Position numbers and translations under genes: made by a program. A stretch of DNA of 64,000 bases, taken from Eledone cirrhosa (Eukaryota). The notes beneath the pieces were generated by a model. The model ran no database searches and was not told the origin of the DNA. It saw only the letters and a program-made list of their open reading frames with translations. The stretch is from the NCBI GenBank assembly GCA_964016885.1, contig OZ024743.1:167524001-167588000 (forward strand), in the 5' to 3' direction. Below are positions 39,163 through 53,700 of this stretch, piece after piece; positions within the stretch are counted from its first letter, which is position 1, and each line of letters begins with the position of its first letter.

Positions 39163-39344
39163 GCATGTATATACACTCTTACACATATATTAAAACATAT
39201 CTGTACATATTTAGACATTTAGATGATGATAGAGATAGTTGTAAGGTTAATGACTGTAAACATGATGATAGTAGGAAAAATGGTTAATAAAAATAATGAA
39301 AAATGGTTAATAATAATAATGATAATAATAATAAAAATAATAAT

Positions 39345-42300
39345 GGTTTCTTTATTGGCCACAAGGGCTAACATGAAGAGAAACATTACAGTCGGTACAG
39401 AACGGTACAGGACGATACAAAGTGGGTTTTGGCAGTGTAAAAAAGGTTATAACAAGAAGATAGAAATATCAAAAAAATTCAAACAACAAAAATTCCTCAA
39501 TATGGGGGAAACTTCCGAGAGTCACTCGTGGCGAAAACCACACAAAAGACCACGGCCACCCTGACCAGCAGGGCAACGCCCTCTCTCAGTTTTCCAATCC
39601 TCAGTCTACAGGCGCATACTCAGAGCGGTCCCGTTCACTCGGACCAGACTCGCCACTTTCACCCACCTTTCAACAAACTTATTTGAAGACAGCACTTGTC
39701 TCTCCACCCTGATTTTCCTCTTCAAGTGAAATTTGAAAAAGTTAATCAGGGATTCGCCGAAGAGGAAAGTGTCCGTCTTCAATCCTTTCAACCTTGTCCA
39801 CTATACAATCTCTTTCGGCATGGCCACCAGGCAGATGAAAACTGTCTGCCCTTCCTCCTCCTTAAAGGAGGACGGTGGGGCTATCTGCACAATGGACTCA
39901 GTCGATAACCGGTTCCGTCCTACACGTGACAGCAAATATTCGACATAGCTCCACAAGTCAGCAATACTCGGGCACTGAACGAGTGCGTGCACAACGGTTT
40001 CGTCGCTCTGTGCGCATCTCGGACAGGTTCGGCTGACGGCACTTCCGTGCCTATAGAGCTTATCCCGAACCAGCAACGCTCCCCGGTAGCACTGCCAGGC
40101 CAGGGATTTCTGGAAGTTATCCATAGGCCTCTGGCTGAAAGTTCTCTTGAAGAGAGTGAACAGCTGATCGTCTTCGACTCCCAGGGTCTCCCCGAGAATG
40201 TCGTCACTCTTCCCCTCCACTAGTCCTCTATAGAACGCCGAGGTGGATGTTCCACCGATACTAGTGCCCAGCTGGTAGAAGGCTGTGAGCGCTTGGAGAC
40301 ATTCCAGCTTCCAAGCGCTATCCCTCGTTCTTTTCATGATCCAGGACTGCAGCTCCGTTAATGAGACGAACTGGGAAAAAAAAATGTCTGGCAAACGGTG
40401 ACCACACCTGTTCACCGCCAAGGAAGCACCAGAGATATCGCAGCCTCAGCGCGTGTTTGCGCATCATCAGCTACGGCATGCCCAGCTCTCCACGCAACGG
40501 GTGTTGACAGCACATGGATTGTCTGACCATGGGAGCACGTCTCTTCCATAAAAAGAGGAAGAGGGGGCGCTCCATTTTTGTCAGAGTGCGTCACCTCGTC
40601 CCAGTTTTTGTCCGTCTGGAGGTCCGGACTGAACCAAACCCCCAGCAATTTAACCGGTCAGTCCGTCCAGTGCCCGACGACGCTGTTGGGCGGCATGGAC
40701 CTGCCTCTACAGGTGCCGAACTGCAGGCCCACCGACTTTTCCTGGTTGATCATTGCTCCTGTAACCGCCTCTTATTCGCTTAGTGTAGTGCCGATCGCCT
40801 CGATGCGTTTGGCGTTCGACACCACTACAGTGACATAGTCTGCATATGCTGACACGGGTCTTCCGGGACCCGCCCTCAACGTCTCCAGTTTGTGCAGTAA
40901 TGGCTCGAGAGTCAATACGTACAACAGGGACGAGAGGGGACATCCTTGGTGGACCGAGCGCATAATGTTGAACGGTTCCGAAAGGTGACCGTTCACTCTC
41001 ACTACAGAGCATATGTCGCTGTGCATGGCAGCGATCCAGCCTCTGAAGACCGAATCTTGGCTTTGTTGCCACGACGCGCCTCCGCCACCCGGGCCCATTG
41101 AACGGCTTTCCTCCCCTCGTGCCTGAGAGCACACACCCTATCTCTGACAACGCAGACTGGGTGCTTTGCATTGAAGAATTGGTCGAGGGCCAATTTTGCC
41201 GCAAGCGCCTCGTCTAGTTTTCTAACCAGTTCTCCGTCTGCTCTATTTTTCTCTATTGCTAACGCCTTACTAAACCTAATGGACTCTATTCTAATCACAC
41301 TTTTCAGGGCAAACCACCATTTGTTGTTGACTGTGGCCCCCGTCAATGCCCGCTTAACTAGTTCGCTAATCCGGTCTCTGTAGACTTTGCGCACTGTTAA
41401 CAACGCGTTTAGTTTCCAGTAGCCGGGTCCCTGTCTATGAAGCCTATCTAACTCAACGACACAGATCACGAATTTGTGGTCCGTGTAGTCGACTATCTTC
41501 AATTGTGGACAGCCTATGCTAGACCTATCTATTTCCCTACAAAATACCCTACCTAGATATGATCTGGATGACCCGATGCGGTTTGTCCATGTCCACATTG
41601 GCACATTCGGGAAATCCAAGCGGTACCTGTCAGACAGTTGAAACCGTCTGAGCAGGTTTGCGAGGCTTTTACACACTCCCCCCTATCCGCTAATCCCACA
41701 CAGTCCCAGCGTGCATCTAAGATCCCGTTCCAGTTGCCCACTAACACTAAAGAGCGGGACGTTCCAAGAAATTCCAGACGCCGGAAGAAATCAGGCCGCC
41801 CTACTTCTGTCGGGGCCTAGACGTCACTAGCCTGAAAGTTTGCCCGTCTCTGCTGGTCACGTCCAGTACCATCAACTTACCTTGAAGATGGCCAGTATGG
41901 CGAGATCCAAGCCTCTCCGAAAAAGCACAGCAACTCCTCCCCCCGATCCTGTACGGCTGGGAGATGCGTATACATCGTAACCGCGGAATATCGGTGCGAA
42001 GGCTTGTGCTTCGGAGATTCTGGTCTCGTTAATGGTCACCACATCTATGTTTAATGACCTGATGTCGTTGAGCAGGTGGCCCTGCTTCCATTACGACCCC
42101 AGGCCACGCACATTTATGCTGCCTATTCTGAGTAAGGTCATGTTGAAAAGGAGTGGAAAAAGATGGGAAAGACCACTTACCTCACTTCTTGTGGAGGAAG
42201 GATGGTTTTTCCGTCCTTCTCACTGTTTGTGGCCCCCTCGGGAAGGTTGTCTTTATAAATCCTCCTGGAAAGTGTTTATCGGAAGTCTCCGATGTCATTG

Positions 42301-43543
42301 GGGAACTTTAATTTTAGTGTCGTGTATGTTTTCTGTGTAATGTGAGTGATTTGTATGTGTGGGTGGTGTGAATTTTTGGGGTGTTGTATAGTCTTTTTCT
42401 GAGATGCTGGTGTTGAGTTGGATGTAGTGTAATAATTGGTTGTTCAAATTTAATTGTTTCTACTTTAGGCACAAGGCCAGCAATTACCCAGTACATTACT
42501 GGTACTTTATTTTATCGACCCCGTAAGGATGAAAGGCAAAGTTAACCTCGACGGGATTTGAACTCAGACCGTAAAGGGACGTAACTATGCTGGAAAGCAT
42601 GGCGTCCGACTCTCTACCGATACTGCCAATCCACCGCCCTTTGTTCAAATTTAATGCTGTGTAGTGTGTATCGTTTTGGTTGTTTTGTTTTGTTTGCGTT
42701 TGTTGTGGGTTTGTTTCTGTTTCGCTTGTGATTTTTGTGGTGTTGGTGATGGTGGTATTGAGGTTAATGATGGTGATGGTGTTGGTGTTTGTGGTGATGG
42801 GGTTGCTGATGCTGGTGTGGATGGTGGCATAGCTATCTTAACTTTTTTGTTAGTTTATTTGTTTGTTTCGCCCTGCATTTTGTTTTTGGAGGGCGAAGGA
42901 AGATTATTTTTTTCTCTTTTGGTTTCTTTTTTTTTCTTTTTTTCAGATACAGTTTCCCACTCCTCCTTGTCGTCACAGTCTGTCTCCAGTTGTGAAAGGT
43001 CGGGGAGAGGAAAATCCTCCACATGCGTGTGGCGTGGTGGATAGTGGAGGCGCTGGTGCTAATTCTGGCGCAGTGGGTAGGGGAGGTGCTGGTGGTATCA
43101 GTGGTGTTGGTTTTTCTTTTTGACATTGTGGTGGTGGGGATGGCGGCTTTAACACCTGTAGACATTGGTAATGGTGTGAAATCCATGTTTGTATGTGACA
43201 AATCTAAATAATTGCCACTGCTATTATTTATATTTTCAGTGTTGGCAACCGTAACAAGGTTTACAATGGTGGTGATGTTGGGAGATGTTAGTCTGTGAAA
43301 AACGCTGTCAGCAGATTTGGGTGGCTGAATGCCGTCCATGTTTTTTTGTCAAAGAAATTTTTATTTGATAAAATAAAGTTTAGATATTGGGCTCAAGGCC
43401 CCAATATTATTGTGTCCTTTTCAGAAAGCAAAATATATGAACTTATAAACACTTAACAACAAATGTTTTCCATAACTGGCAATTTGAAATAACTGAAAAC
43501 AACAAACATTGGTGGAGTTCACGATAATACGATTTCCTACGTA
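39345..43543 (-). mobile_element. Tx1/L1-clade LINE, degenerate with internal deletions (copy T3)
   Basis: 5' UTR homologous to 11429 (tacgtaggaaatcgtattatcgtg), partial ORF1, APE, partial RT, Zn finger; 3' end at a TAA-rich tract. Confidence 0.88.
42455..42640 (-). mobile_element. tRNA-derived SINE nested in T3 ORF1, 15-bp TSD
   Basis: TSD ttgttcaaatttaat at 42440-42454 and 42641-42655; A box, B box and core as in the other copies. Confidence 0.92.
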
Positions 43544-43548
43544 TATAA

Positions 43549-44320
43549 TATGGAACTGGTTAAAAAGAGGAGCCCTTAAAAGGGCTACAGAAGGAATGCT
43601 AATGGCTGCGCAAGAGCAGGCCCTCAGAACGAAGTGGGTGTAACACCATATTTACAAGGAGGAGGCTAGCCCACTGTGTAGGATCTGTGGAGAGAGAGAG
43701 GAGACTGTAGCTCACATTGTATCCGAGTGTAAACACCTAGCCCAGACTCACTATAAAGGCTGGAGACATGATGTGATGGGCAGGGTGATCCACTGGCACC
43801 TATGCAAAGTAAACAATTTACCACATTCTGAGAAGTGGTATGAGCATAAGCCAGAGTCGGTGATAGAAAACGATCAGGTGAAGGCGCTATGGGATTTTAG
43901 GATACAGACGGATAAGAAACTGGAACTCAATAGGCCTGACCTGTTGCTTTTGGACAAGGAAAAAAGATCGTGCCTGATTGTGGATGTAGCCTGCCCATTT
44001 GACACGAGAGTGCAAGAAAAGGAGAGGGAGAAAATTAACCGATACCAGGACTTAAAGTGGGAGGTAAAAAGATTTGGAACTGCCATGAAGTCAGAGTCGT
44101 CCCGATTGTCATAGGCGCACGAGGTACTATCTCAAAGAGTTTCCAAGGATGGTAAAGAAAATTAGTCCATCCCCGCATTTTGGAACACTTCAATAGGCAT
44201 GCTTGCTGGGAATAGCAAGAACCCTCCGATACGTCCTGAATATCTGAGGCTGTAGGTAGCTGCTTGATATTCATTTCAACAAATTTTCCAATTAAATTAC
44301 ATCAATGACTGAGACTCAAA

Positions 44321-44322
<2 letters not shown>
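43549..44322 (+). mobile_element. R4/Dong-like family A 3' fragment
   Basis: CRICGEREETVAHIVSEC, NRPDL..IVDVACPFD; 3' end ctgagactcaaag followed by (AAT)n. Confidence 0.88.
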
Positions 44323-44365
<43 letters not shown>

Positions 44366-44367
<2 letters not shown>

Positions 44368-47300
44368 TTTTCTTTATTAACCACAAGGGTTTACATGAAG
44401 TAGACATTAAGGACAGTACAGGACAATACAGGACGGTACAAATGGGCATTTCTGCGTGTAAAAAAAACGGAGGTTGAAATAAAATAACAAAGAAAAATTC
44501 CCCAATAGGGGGGAGACTTCCGAGGGACATTTGTGGAGAAAGCCCATTAAAAGACCACAGTGGCCCTGACCACCAGGGCAAGTGCCCTCTCCCAGTTTTC
44601 CACCTTTAATTTACAGACACATACTAAGAGAAGGCCCATTCATTCGGGCCATACTTGCTTCTCTCACCCATCTTTCAACAAAATGCTGGGAAGAGAGCAC
44701 TTCCCTCTCTACCCTGATTTTCCTTTTCAAATGAAATTTGAAAAAGTTAATCAGGGCATCACGGAAGAGGTAAGTGCTCGTCTTCAGCCCTTTCAAACGT
44801 GTCCACCATACTATCTCTTTCGCCATGGCCACCAGACAGATAAAAACTGCCTGCTCTTCCCGGCTAAAGGAAGGGGGCGGGGCAATCCTCACGATGGACT
44901 CAGCTGATAGCTGGATCCGTCCTACACGTGACAGCAGGTGTTCGACATAAACCCACAAGTCAGCAATGCTCGGACACTGGACGAGTGCGTGCAGGACGGT
45001 TTCGTCGCCCTGCGCGCATCTCGGACATGCCCGGCTGACGGCACCTCCATGCCTGTAGAGTTTATCCCGAACTGGCAAAGCTCCTCGGTAGCACTGCCAG
45101 GCCAGGGAATTCTGGAAGTTGTCCATAGGCCCCGACCCGAAAGTCCTTCCGAAGAGATTGGCCAGTTGATTTTCGTCGACGCCTAGAGTTTCTCCAAGTA
45201 CGTCGTCGCTCTTCCCCTCCACTAATCCCCTATTGAACGCCAAGGTGGAGTTTCCACCGATCACATTGCCCGATTGGTCGAGGGCTGTGAGCGCCTGAAG
45301 ACATTCCAGTCTCCAAGCGCTCCCTATCGGTCTTCGCTTGACCCAGGACTGCAGCTCCGTCAAGGAAAAACGTGTCTAGCAAACGGCGACCACACCTGAT
45401 CACCGTCGAGGAAGAGGTGGAGATGTCGTAGCCTGAGCGCGTGTCTGCGCATCATCAGCCACGGCATGACCAGCCCTCCACGTAGCGGGTGTTGACAGCA
45501 GATGGACCGCCTGACCATCGGAGCGCGTCCCTTCCACAAGAAGCGAAAGAGCAAACGCTCCAGCGCAGTCAGGCGGGGCTTAGGACAAGGTACGACGGTC
45601 AGGCGGTAGTAGATGACGGACGCGATGTACGCGTTAGCCACCTCCGCTCGACCTTTCAGGGATAGCTTCCTCTCGGCCCATTTCTAGGTGAGAGAAGCCA
45701 CCCTGCTCGTCACCTCGTCCCAGTTTTTGTCCGTCTGGAGGTCTGGACTGAACCAGACCCCTAGCAATTTAACCGGTCCGTCCGTCCAGCGCCCGACGAC
45801 GCTGTTGGACGGCATGGACCTGCCTCTCCAGGTGCCGAGCTGCAGGCCCACTGACTTTTCCTGGTTGATCATTGCTCCTGTCACCGCTTCGTATTCTCTT
45901 AGTGTAGTGCCGATCGCCTCGATGTGTTTGGCGTTCGACACCACTACGGTGACATCGTCGGCATATGCTGACACGGATCTTCCGCATCCTAGTTCGCGCG
46001 GGACCCCCTCAACGTCTCCAGTTTGTGCAGTAATGGCTCGAGAGTCAATACGTACAATAGGGACGAGAGGGGACATCCTTGGCGGACCGAGCGCATGATG
46101 TTGAACGGTTCCGAAAGGTGACCGTTCACTCTCACTACAGAGCAGATGTCGCTGTGCATGGCAGCGATCCAGCCTCTGAAGACGGGCCCAAAGCCAGCCG
46201 CCCTCAGGACTGCCGCTAAGTAACGATGGTCGACCCTATCGAAAGCTTTCGACTGATCTAAATTGATCAAAGACCCACCCGTGCCAGGTTCCCTAGCTAC
46301 CCTCTCTACGATGTATCGCATGAGGTGGAGGTTGTCGTGAATGGATCTGTCGGGAATGGCGCATGTCTGTGCCTCTCCCACCAGACCACCAACGACAAGC
46401 GCCAACCTCTTTGCTAGCACCTTGGCCAAAATCTTGAACTCTGTGTTTAGCAGAGTTATGGGCCTAAAATTATCTATGTTATCCCCCTTGTTCGGATCCT
46501 TTCTCAGCAGTGCCACCGCTCCTCGGCTCACAGAGCTGGGAATTCTCCCGTTCTGTTGCCAGTTGCAGTAGACGTCCGCCAAGAGGCCTCCGAACAAGTT
46601 TGGCATTTGTACGTAAAGTTCATAGGGCAGACCATCTAAACCAGGCGATTTACCCCCTGTGCAACTAGTCATTGCATCCCGTACTTCAGCGGTTGTTATC
46701 GGCTTTTCGCAACACTCCGCCTCAGTGGCCGAAAGCCGCAGCAGTCCGTCGAGGTAGACACTAAAGTCCATCCCTCGATCCGGCCCGCCACTGCCCCCGA
46801 ACAGTTGAGCGAAGTGTCGCTGATAAGCTTCACACATTTGCCCGGGATCGAGTAGCATGCGCCCGTCGTGGTCCACCAAAGACCGGATCGTGGCTTTGTT
46901 GCCATGACGCGCCTCCGCCACTCGGGCCCATTTAACGGCTTTCGTCCCCTCGTGTCTGAGAGCACGCACCCTAGCTCTGACAACGCAGCCTTCGTGCTTT
47001 GCATTGAAGAATTGGTCAAGGGCCAATTTCGCCCCAAGTACGTCGGTCGCGATGCCTTTGCTAAGCGCCTCATCTAATTTTCTAACTAGTTCTCCCTCTG
47101 CTCTATTTTTCTCTATTGCTAAAGTCTTACTAAACCTAATGGACTCTATTCTAATTGCTCTTTTCAGAGCAAACCACCACTTGTTGTTGACGATAGCCCC
47201 CGTCAACGCCCGCTTAACTAGTTCGCTAATCCGGTCTCTGTAGGCCTTGCGCGCTGGTAAGGACGCGTTTAGCTTCCAGTAGCCGGGTCCTCGTCTATGA

Positions 47301-50250
47301 AGCCTATCTAAGTCAAGCACACAGATCACGAATTTGTGGTCCGTGTAGCTGACTATCTTGAATTGTGGACAGCCTATGCTAGACCTATCTATTTCCCTAC
47401 AAAATACTCTATCTAGATATGATCTGGATGACCCTATGCGATTTGTCCAAGTCCACATTGGTACATTCGGGAAATCCATTCGGTACCTGTCAGACAGTTC
47501 AAAACGTCTGAGCAGGTTGGTGAGACTCTTGCACCCTCCTTCCCTATCCACTAATCCCACACAATCCCAGCGTGCATCTAAGATCCCGTTCCAGTCGCCC
47601 ACTAACACTAAAGAGCGGGACGTTCCAAGAAAGGTCTCCAGACGCCGGAAGAAATCAGGCCGCCCTGCTCCTGTCGGGGCATAGACGGCCTCTAACCTGA
47701 AAGCTTGCCCGTCTCCGCTGGTCACGTCTAGCACCACCAACTTACCTTCTGGGTCCAGGAAGATGGCCTGTATGGCAAGATCCAAACCTCTCCGAAAAAG
47801 CACAGCAACTCCTCCCCCCGATCCCGGACGGCTGGGAGATGCGTACACATCGTAGCCGCCGAAGATCGGTGCGAAAGCCTGTGCTTCGGAGATTCTGGTC
47901 TCGCTGATGGCCACTACATCTATGTTTAGTAACCTGAGGTCATTGAGCAGGTGGCCCTGCTTCCATGACGACCCCAAGCCACGCGCATTTATGCTGCCTA
48001 TTCTGAGTGAGGTCATGTTGAAAAGGAGTGGAAAAGATAGGAAAGACCACTTACCTTACTTCCCCTACGAGAAGTAAGGTTTTTCCATCCTTTTCACTGC
48101 TTGTGGCCTCCTCAGGAAGGATGTCCTTATAAATCCTCCTGGAGAGTGCTTGTCGGAAGTCTCCGATGTCTGTGGGGAATTTTTGTTTTAGTGTCATGTA
48201 CGTTTTCTGTGTGATGCGAGTGATTTGTATGTGTGGAGGTGGTGTGAATTTTGGGGTTGTTGTGTAGTCTTTTTCTGTGATGCTGGTGTTGTGTTGGATG
48301 TAGTGTAATAATTGCTTGTTGTTCAAATTTAATGCTGTGTAGTGTGTATCGTTTTGGTTGTTTTGTTTTGTTTGCGTTTGTTGTGGGTATGTTTCTGTTT
48401 CGCATTTTGGTGACTTTTGTGGTGTAGGTGATGGTCGTGTTGGGGTTAATGATGGTGATGGTGTTGGTGTTTGGGTTGATGGGGTTGGTGATGCTGGTGT
48501 GAATGGTGGCATATCTGTCCTAACTTTTTTGTTTGTTAATTTATTTGTTTCCCTCTGTATTTTGTTTTTGGAGGGGGAAGGAAGAGAATTTTTTCTTTTT
48601 TGGTTTCTTTTTTTTTTCCTGATACCATTTCCCACTCATCGTCGTCACAATCTGTCTCCAGTTGTTATAGGCCGGGGAGTGGAAAATCCTCCACAGCCGT
48701 TAGTTTTGGTTGTGGCATGGTGGATGGTGTAGGCGCTGGTGCTAGTTCTGAAGCGTTGGGTGGTGGTGGTGTTGGTTTTGCTGGTGGTGGTGGTGGTGTT
48801 GGTTTTGCTACTGTTGCTGGGGTTGTTGCTGTTATAGTTGCTTCTGTTGTTGCTGCTACAGTTGTTGCTGCCATCTCTACTACTGGTGGTGTTGATGGTT
48901 GTGTCACTGGGGTGGGTAGGAGAGGTGGCCTCAACCTTTTAGCCTGAGGGCAGAAAGCCCTTAGGTGGGTTCCTTCACCACAAACGACACACCTAGGTCT
49001 TCTGCCCTCGACAATTACCGTGAGGTGGCTGCCGTTAGTGAGGTCTATTACCTCTGGGATCTCCTCAATGCTTTTTTGGTCCGCTTGGATCAGGAGCTCC
49101 ATCCCAGATCCGGACCAGTTCTCCTGCTTTTCTTTTGCTATTGTTATTATTTTCGTGTTGGCTTCGATGCCGGCGAGGACAGCCGCTATTAGCCAGGGAA
49201 TTTCGATGGCCGGTGGAACGTGGGTCACCCTGATCTTTACGAGTCTCTGGCCACAATAGCTTGGGACGAGTGTGAAGTCGTCACTTCTTAATGGGGCCAT
49301 GGAGTGTTCTCTAGCCTCCTCTGGTGTTTCAAAGAACACGTCCACGGTTCCATACTTTTGCCCACGTCTGATGTGGGTTTTTCTTGCCCACACATGTCCC
49401 AAAGCTTTTTGGATTTGGGACTCGGATGCCCGTTCCACTCTGCGCGATTTTACATTTATTGTTCTATACGACACGGTGCATAGGCGCCGATGCTCCATTT
49501 TATTAGCTGGGGGGGGGGGGGGGTGAGGCTGACCCTGTACCCATCTTTCTTTACCATTTGTTTGGCATTTTCTAAATCCTCCTGAGTTACCGTAAATGCT
49601 TCGAACTGTTTTGCTACTCTGGCGAAACTGAGGGGGGTTTTTATAATGTCATTGTTGTTGTTGTTGCTATCGTTAATATTAATTTTAGTTTCAGTTGTGG
49701 TGGTGGTGACGTCAGTCGTCTTTGGTGGGGAAGAGTCCATTTTGCTTGATTTCATTTCGACATCACGAGTTAATTTATTTTTTCTTCTTTTGTTTCTGTT
49801 GTAGCGGTGGTGGTGGTGGTGGTGGTTGTCGTGGTGGTGGTGGTGGTGCAGGCTTTAACACCTGCAGTCATTGGTAATGGCGGGAAATGAATGTCTCCCT
49901 GAGACAAATTTAAAATATTGCTAGTGCTTATATTTTTTTTTGCGTTGGCAAACGTAGTAACATTTACAATGGTGGTGTCGGTGTGAGGTGTTAATTTGTG
50001 AGGAAGGCTTTCAGCTGCTTTGTGCAGAGGTGAATTAGCCATTTTTTTCAAAGAAATTTTTTTGATAATAATAAAAGTTTAAATTTTGGGCACAAGGCCC
50101 CAATCTTTTTGGGTGTCCTTTTCGGAAAACAATGTATGTGCGCTTATAAACAGTTAACAATAAAATTTTCCATAAATGACAATTTTTAACAAACGGAAAT
50201 AACAAACCTTTGCGGAGCTCACGATGATACGATTTACTACGTAGGTCGCC
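44366..50250 (-). mobile_element. Tx1/L1-clade LINE family 1, full length (copy T4)
   Basis: Near-identical inverted copy of T1. ORF1 ~50042-48051 is broken at homopolymers and by one stop; ORF2 48016-44611 has frameshifts; (TAA)n on both sides. Confidence 0.92.
44611..48016 (-). pseudogene. Tx1-like ORF2 of T4 (APE-RT-Zn finger), frameshifted
   Basis: 675-aa open segment 45989-48016 plus downstream pieces carrying AYADD and CPRC...HALVQC. Confidence 0.9.
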
Positions 50251-50733
<483 letters not shown>

Positions 50734-50756
50734 ATAATAATAATAATAATAATAAT

Positions 50757-53700
50757 GATTTCCTTTATTGGCCACAAGGGCCGACATATAGGGGACAATA
50801 CAAAAGACTGGGACAGTGGGGTTTTACAGAAAAATCGAGTAAACAATATGAATAAAAAAAGTTACAATAACAAAGTAACAATAAAGTAACAATAAAATTA
50901 CGAGAAAAAATTCCCCAAAACGGGGGATGACCACCTAGGGTTCGCTCAGGAACCTCACCAGTCCTGAACGACCCGACGCTTCGAGAGCACCCTGGAAGGG
51001 CACCCCTCTCCTCTTCAAATTTACCTACCTACAGCCGCATGACCAGAGTAGGCCCACTCACACGGGCCATTCTCGCCACATTCACCCACCTTTCAGCAAA
51101 TGTACTGGGGGGCAGCACTTCTCTCTCCACCCTCACCTTCCTTTCCAAGTGAAACTTGAAAAAGTTGATGAGGGATTGGCTGAAGAGAAAAGTGTCTGTC
51201 TTCAGTCCTTTCAACCTGGTCCACCATACAACCTTTTTCACTACTACCACCAGACAGAGGAAAATTGCCTGCCCTTCCTGGCCAAAAGAAGGCGGCGGGT
51301 CGATCTTCACTATGGACTCGGCCGATAGCTGGATCCGTTCTACACGCGACAACAGCTGTTCAATATAACTCCACAAGTCAGTAATGCACGGACACTGGAC
51401 GAGTGCGTGCAGAACAGTTTCGTCGCTCTGCGCGCATCTCGGGCAGGTCCGTCTGATAGCACTTCCGTGCCTGTAGAGTTTATCTCGAACCGGCAGTGCC
51501 CCCCGGTAGCACTGCCAAGCGAGGGATTTTTGGAAATTATCCATCGTCCCCGGCTCGAAAGTCCTCCGGTACAGACTGGTTAGTTCGACTCCGTTGACTC
51601 CCAGAGCCTCTCCGAGTGCGTCGTCGCACTTGCCCACCACTAATCCTCTATAGAACTCGAGAGTGGAAGTTACACTGACCGCATTGCCCGCCTGGCAGAG
51701 AGCAGTGAGTGCCTGGCAACATTCCAGATGCCAGTCACCCAGTCTCGGTCTCTTCTTGACCCAGGACTGCAACTCAGTCAAAGAAACGAGCTGCGGAAAG
51801 GCCCATCTGACAAACGGCGACCACACCTGTTCACCGTTTAGGCAGAATATTTGGAGATGCCGCAGCCTCAGCGCGTGCCTGCGCATCATTAGCCACGGCA
51901 TGCCCAGCCCTCCACGTAGAGGGTGCTGGCAGCAGATGGACCGCCTCTCCAGCGGAACCTGACCCCTCCACAAGAATTTGAAGAGGAGCCGCTCCAAGAT
52001 GGCGAGGCGCGAACGGGGGTAAGGGACAACAGTCAGACGGTAGTAGATGACGGACGCGATGTACGCGTTCGCCACCTCCGCCCGACCTTTCAGTGATAGC
52101 TTCATCCCAGCCCATTTCTGGGTGAGACTGACTACCCTGCCCGTCACCTCGTCCCAATTCTTATCCACCTGGAGGTCTGGCCCGAACCAAACCCCTAGCA
52201 ACTTTACCGGTCCGTCTGTCCAGCGCCTAACGACGCTGTTGGACGGCATGGACTTGCCTCCCCAGGTGCCGTGTTGCAAGCCTACTGACTTTTCCGGGTT
52301 AAGTTTTGCTCCCGTCAACCTTTCATATTCCTCCAATAAGTTTCCGACCACCTCGATTTCTGAGGTGTCCGACACCATCACGGTGATGTCGTCCGCATAA
52401 GCCGACACAGCCTTTCCGCGTCCCGGTTCGAGCGGGATGCCCTGCAACAGCTCCAGCTTCCGCAGTAAAGGCTCGAGAGTCAATACGTACAGAAGGGAGG
52501 AGAGAGGGCACCCTTGACGGACCGATCGGGAGACCTGAAACGGTTCCGAGAGGTGGCCATTAATTTTGACCATCGACCAGATGCCGCTGTGCATTGCAGC
52601 GATCCAACTTCTGAAGACGGGGCCGAAGCCAGCCGCCTTGAGGACAGCCTCCAGGTACCGATGGTCGACCCTATCGAATGCTTTCGATTGATCTAAATTG
52701 ATCAGACCCCCACCGAAGCCAGGTTTACACCCTACCCTCTATATGATGTATCGCATTAGGTGGAGGTTGTCGTGTATGGACCTGGTTGGGATTGCGCAAG
52801 TTTGCGCCTCCCCAACCAAATCCCTGACGACAAGCGCCAACCTCTTCGCTAATACCCTGGCCAAAATCTTAAACTCTGTGTTGAGCAGAGTTATGGGCCT
52901 GAAATTGTCTAATGTGTCCCTCTTGTTCTCGTCTTTCCTTATCAGCGTCACTACGCCCCGGCTCACATAACTGGGAATACTCCCGTTTTGCTGCCAGTTG
53001 CAGTAGAGGGCTTCGAGGAGATTGGAGAACAAGTCTGGCATATTTACGGAAAGCTCATAGGGCAGACCATCCAAACCGGGTGACTTGCGCCTCATGCAGC
53101 CTACAAGGGCATCCTGAATCTCGGCTGAAGTAATTGGCCTTTCGCAGCGCCCAGCGTCAGCCGTCGAGAGTTGCGGCAAGCCATCGAGGTAGGGACTGAA
53201 GTCCGCCACCATCTCTGACCCGCCACTTCCCCCGAACAACCGAGCAAAATGTTGGCGAAAGGCCTCACACATCCTCTTGGAATCGCTCAGCTCGTGCCCG
53301 TCTCGGTCCGTCAAAGACCGAATCATGGTTTTATTACCACGCTGCGCCTCTGCCACGCGGGCCCATCGAACAGCTTTGGTGCCCTCGTTTCTCAGAGCAC
53401 GAGCCTTAACTCTGACAATGCAACCTTCGTGTTTCGCATTGAAGAAATGGTCTCATGCCATTCTCGCCGCGAGCACATCAGTTGCAATGCCACTACCAAT
53501 AGCCTCGTCTAACTTATCTACCAACTCCCCCTCCTTTCTATTTTTCTCTAATGCTACTTCTTTGCTCAACTCTATCGACATTACTCTAATCTCTCTTTTG
53601 AGAGCCCCCCACCATCTATTGTTGACGACTCCCCCTGTCAACTTTTTCTTAACTAAATTGTTGACCTGGTCCCTGTAAGCCTTACGTGCCGGAAATGACA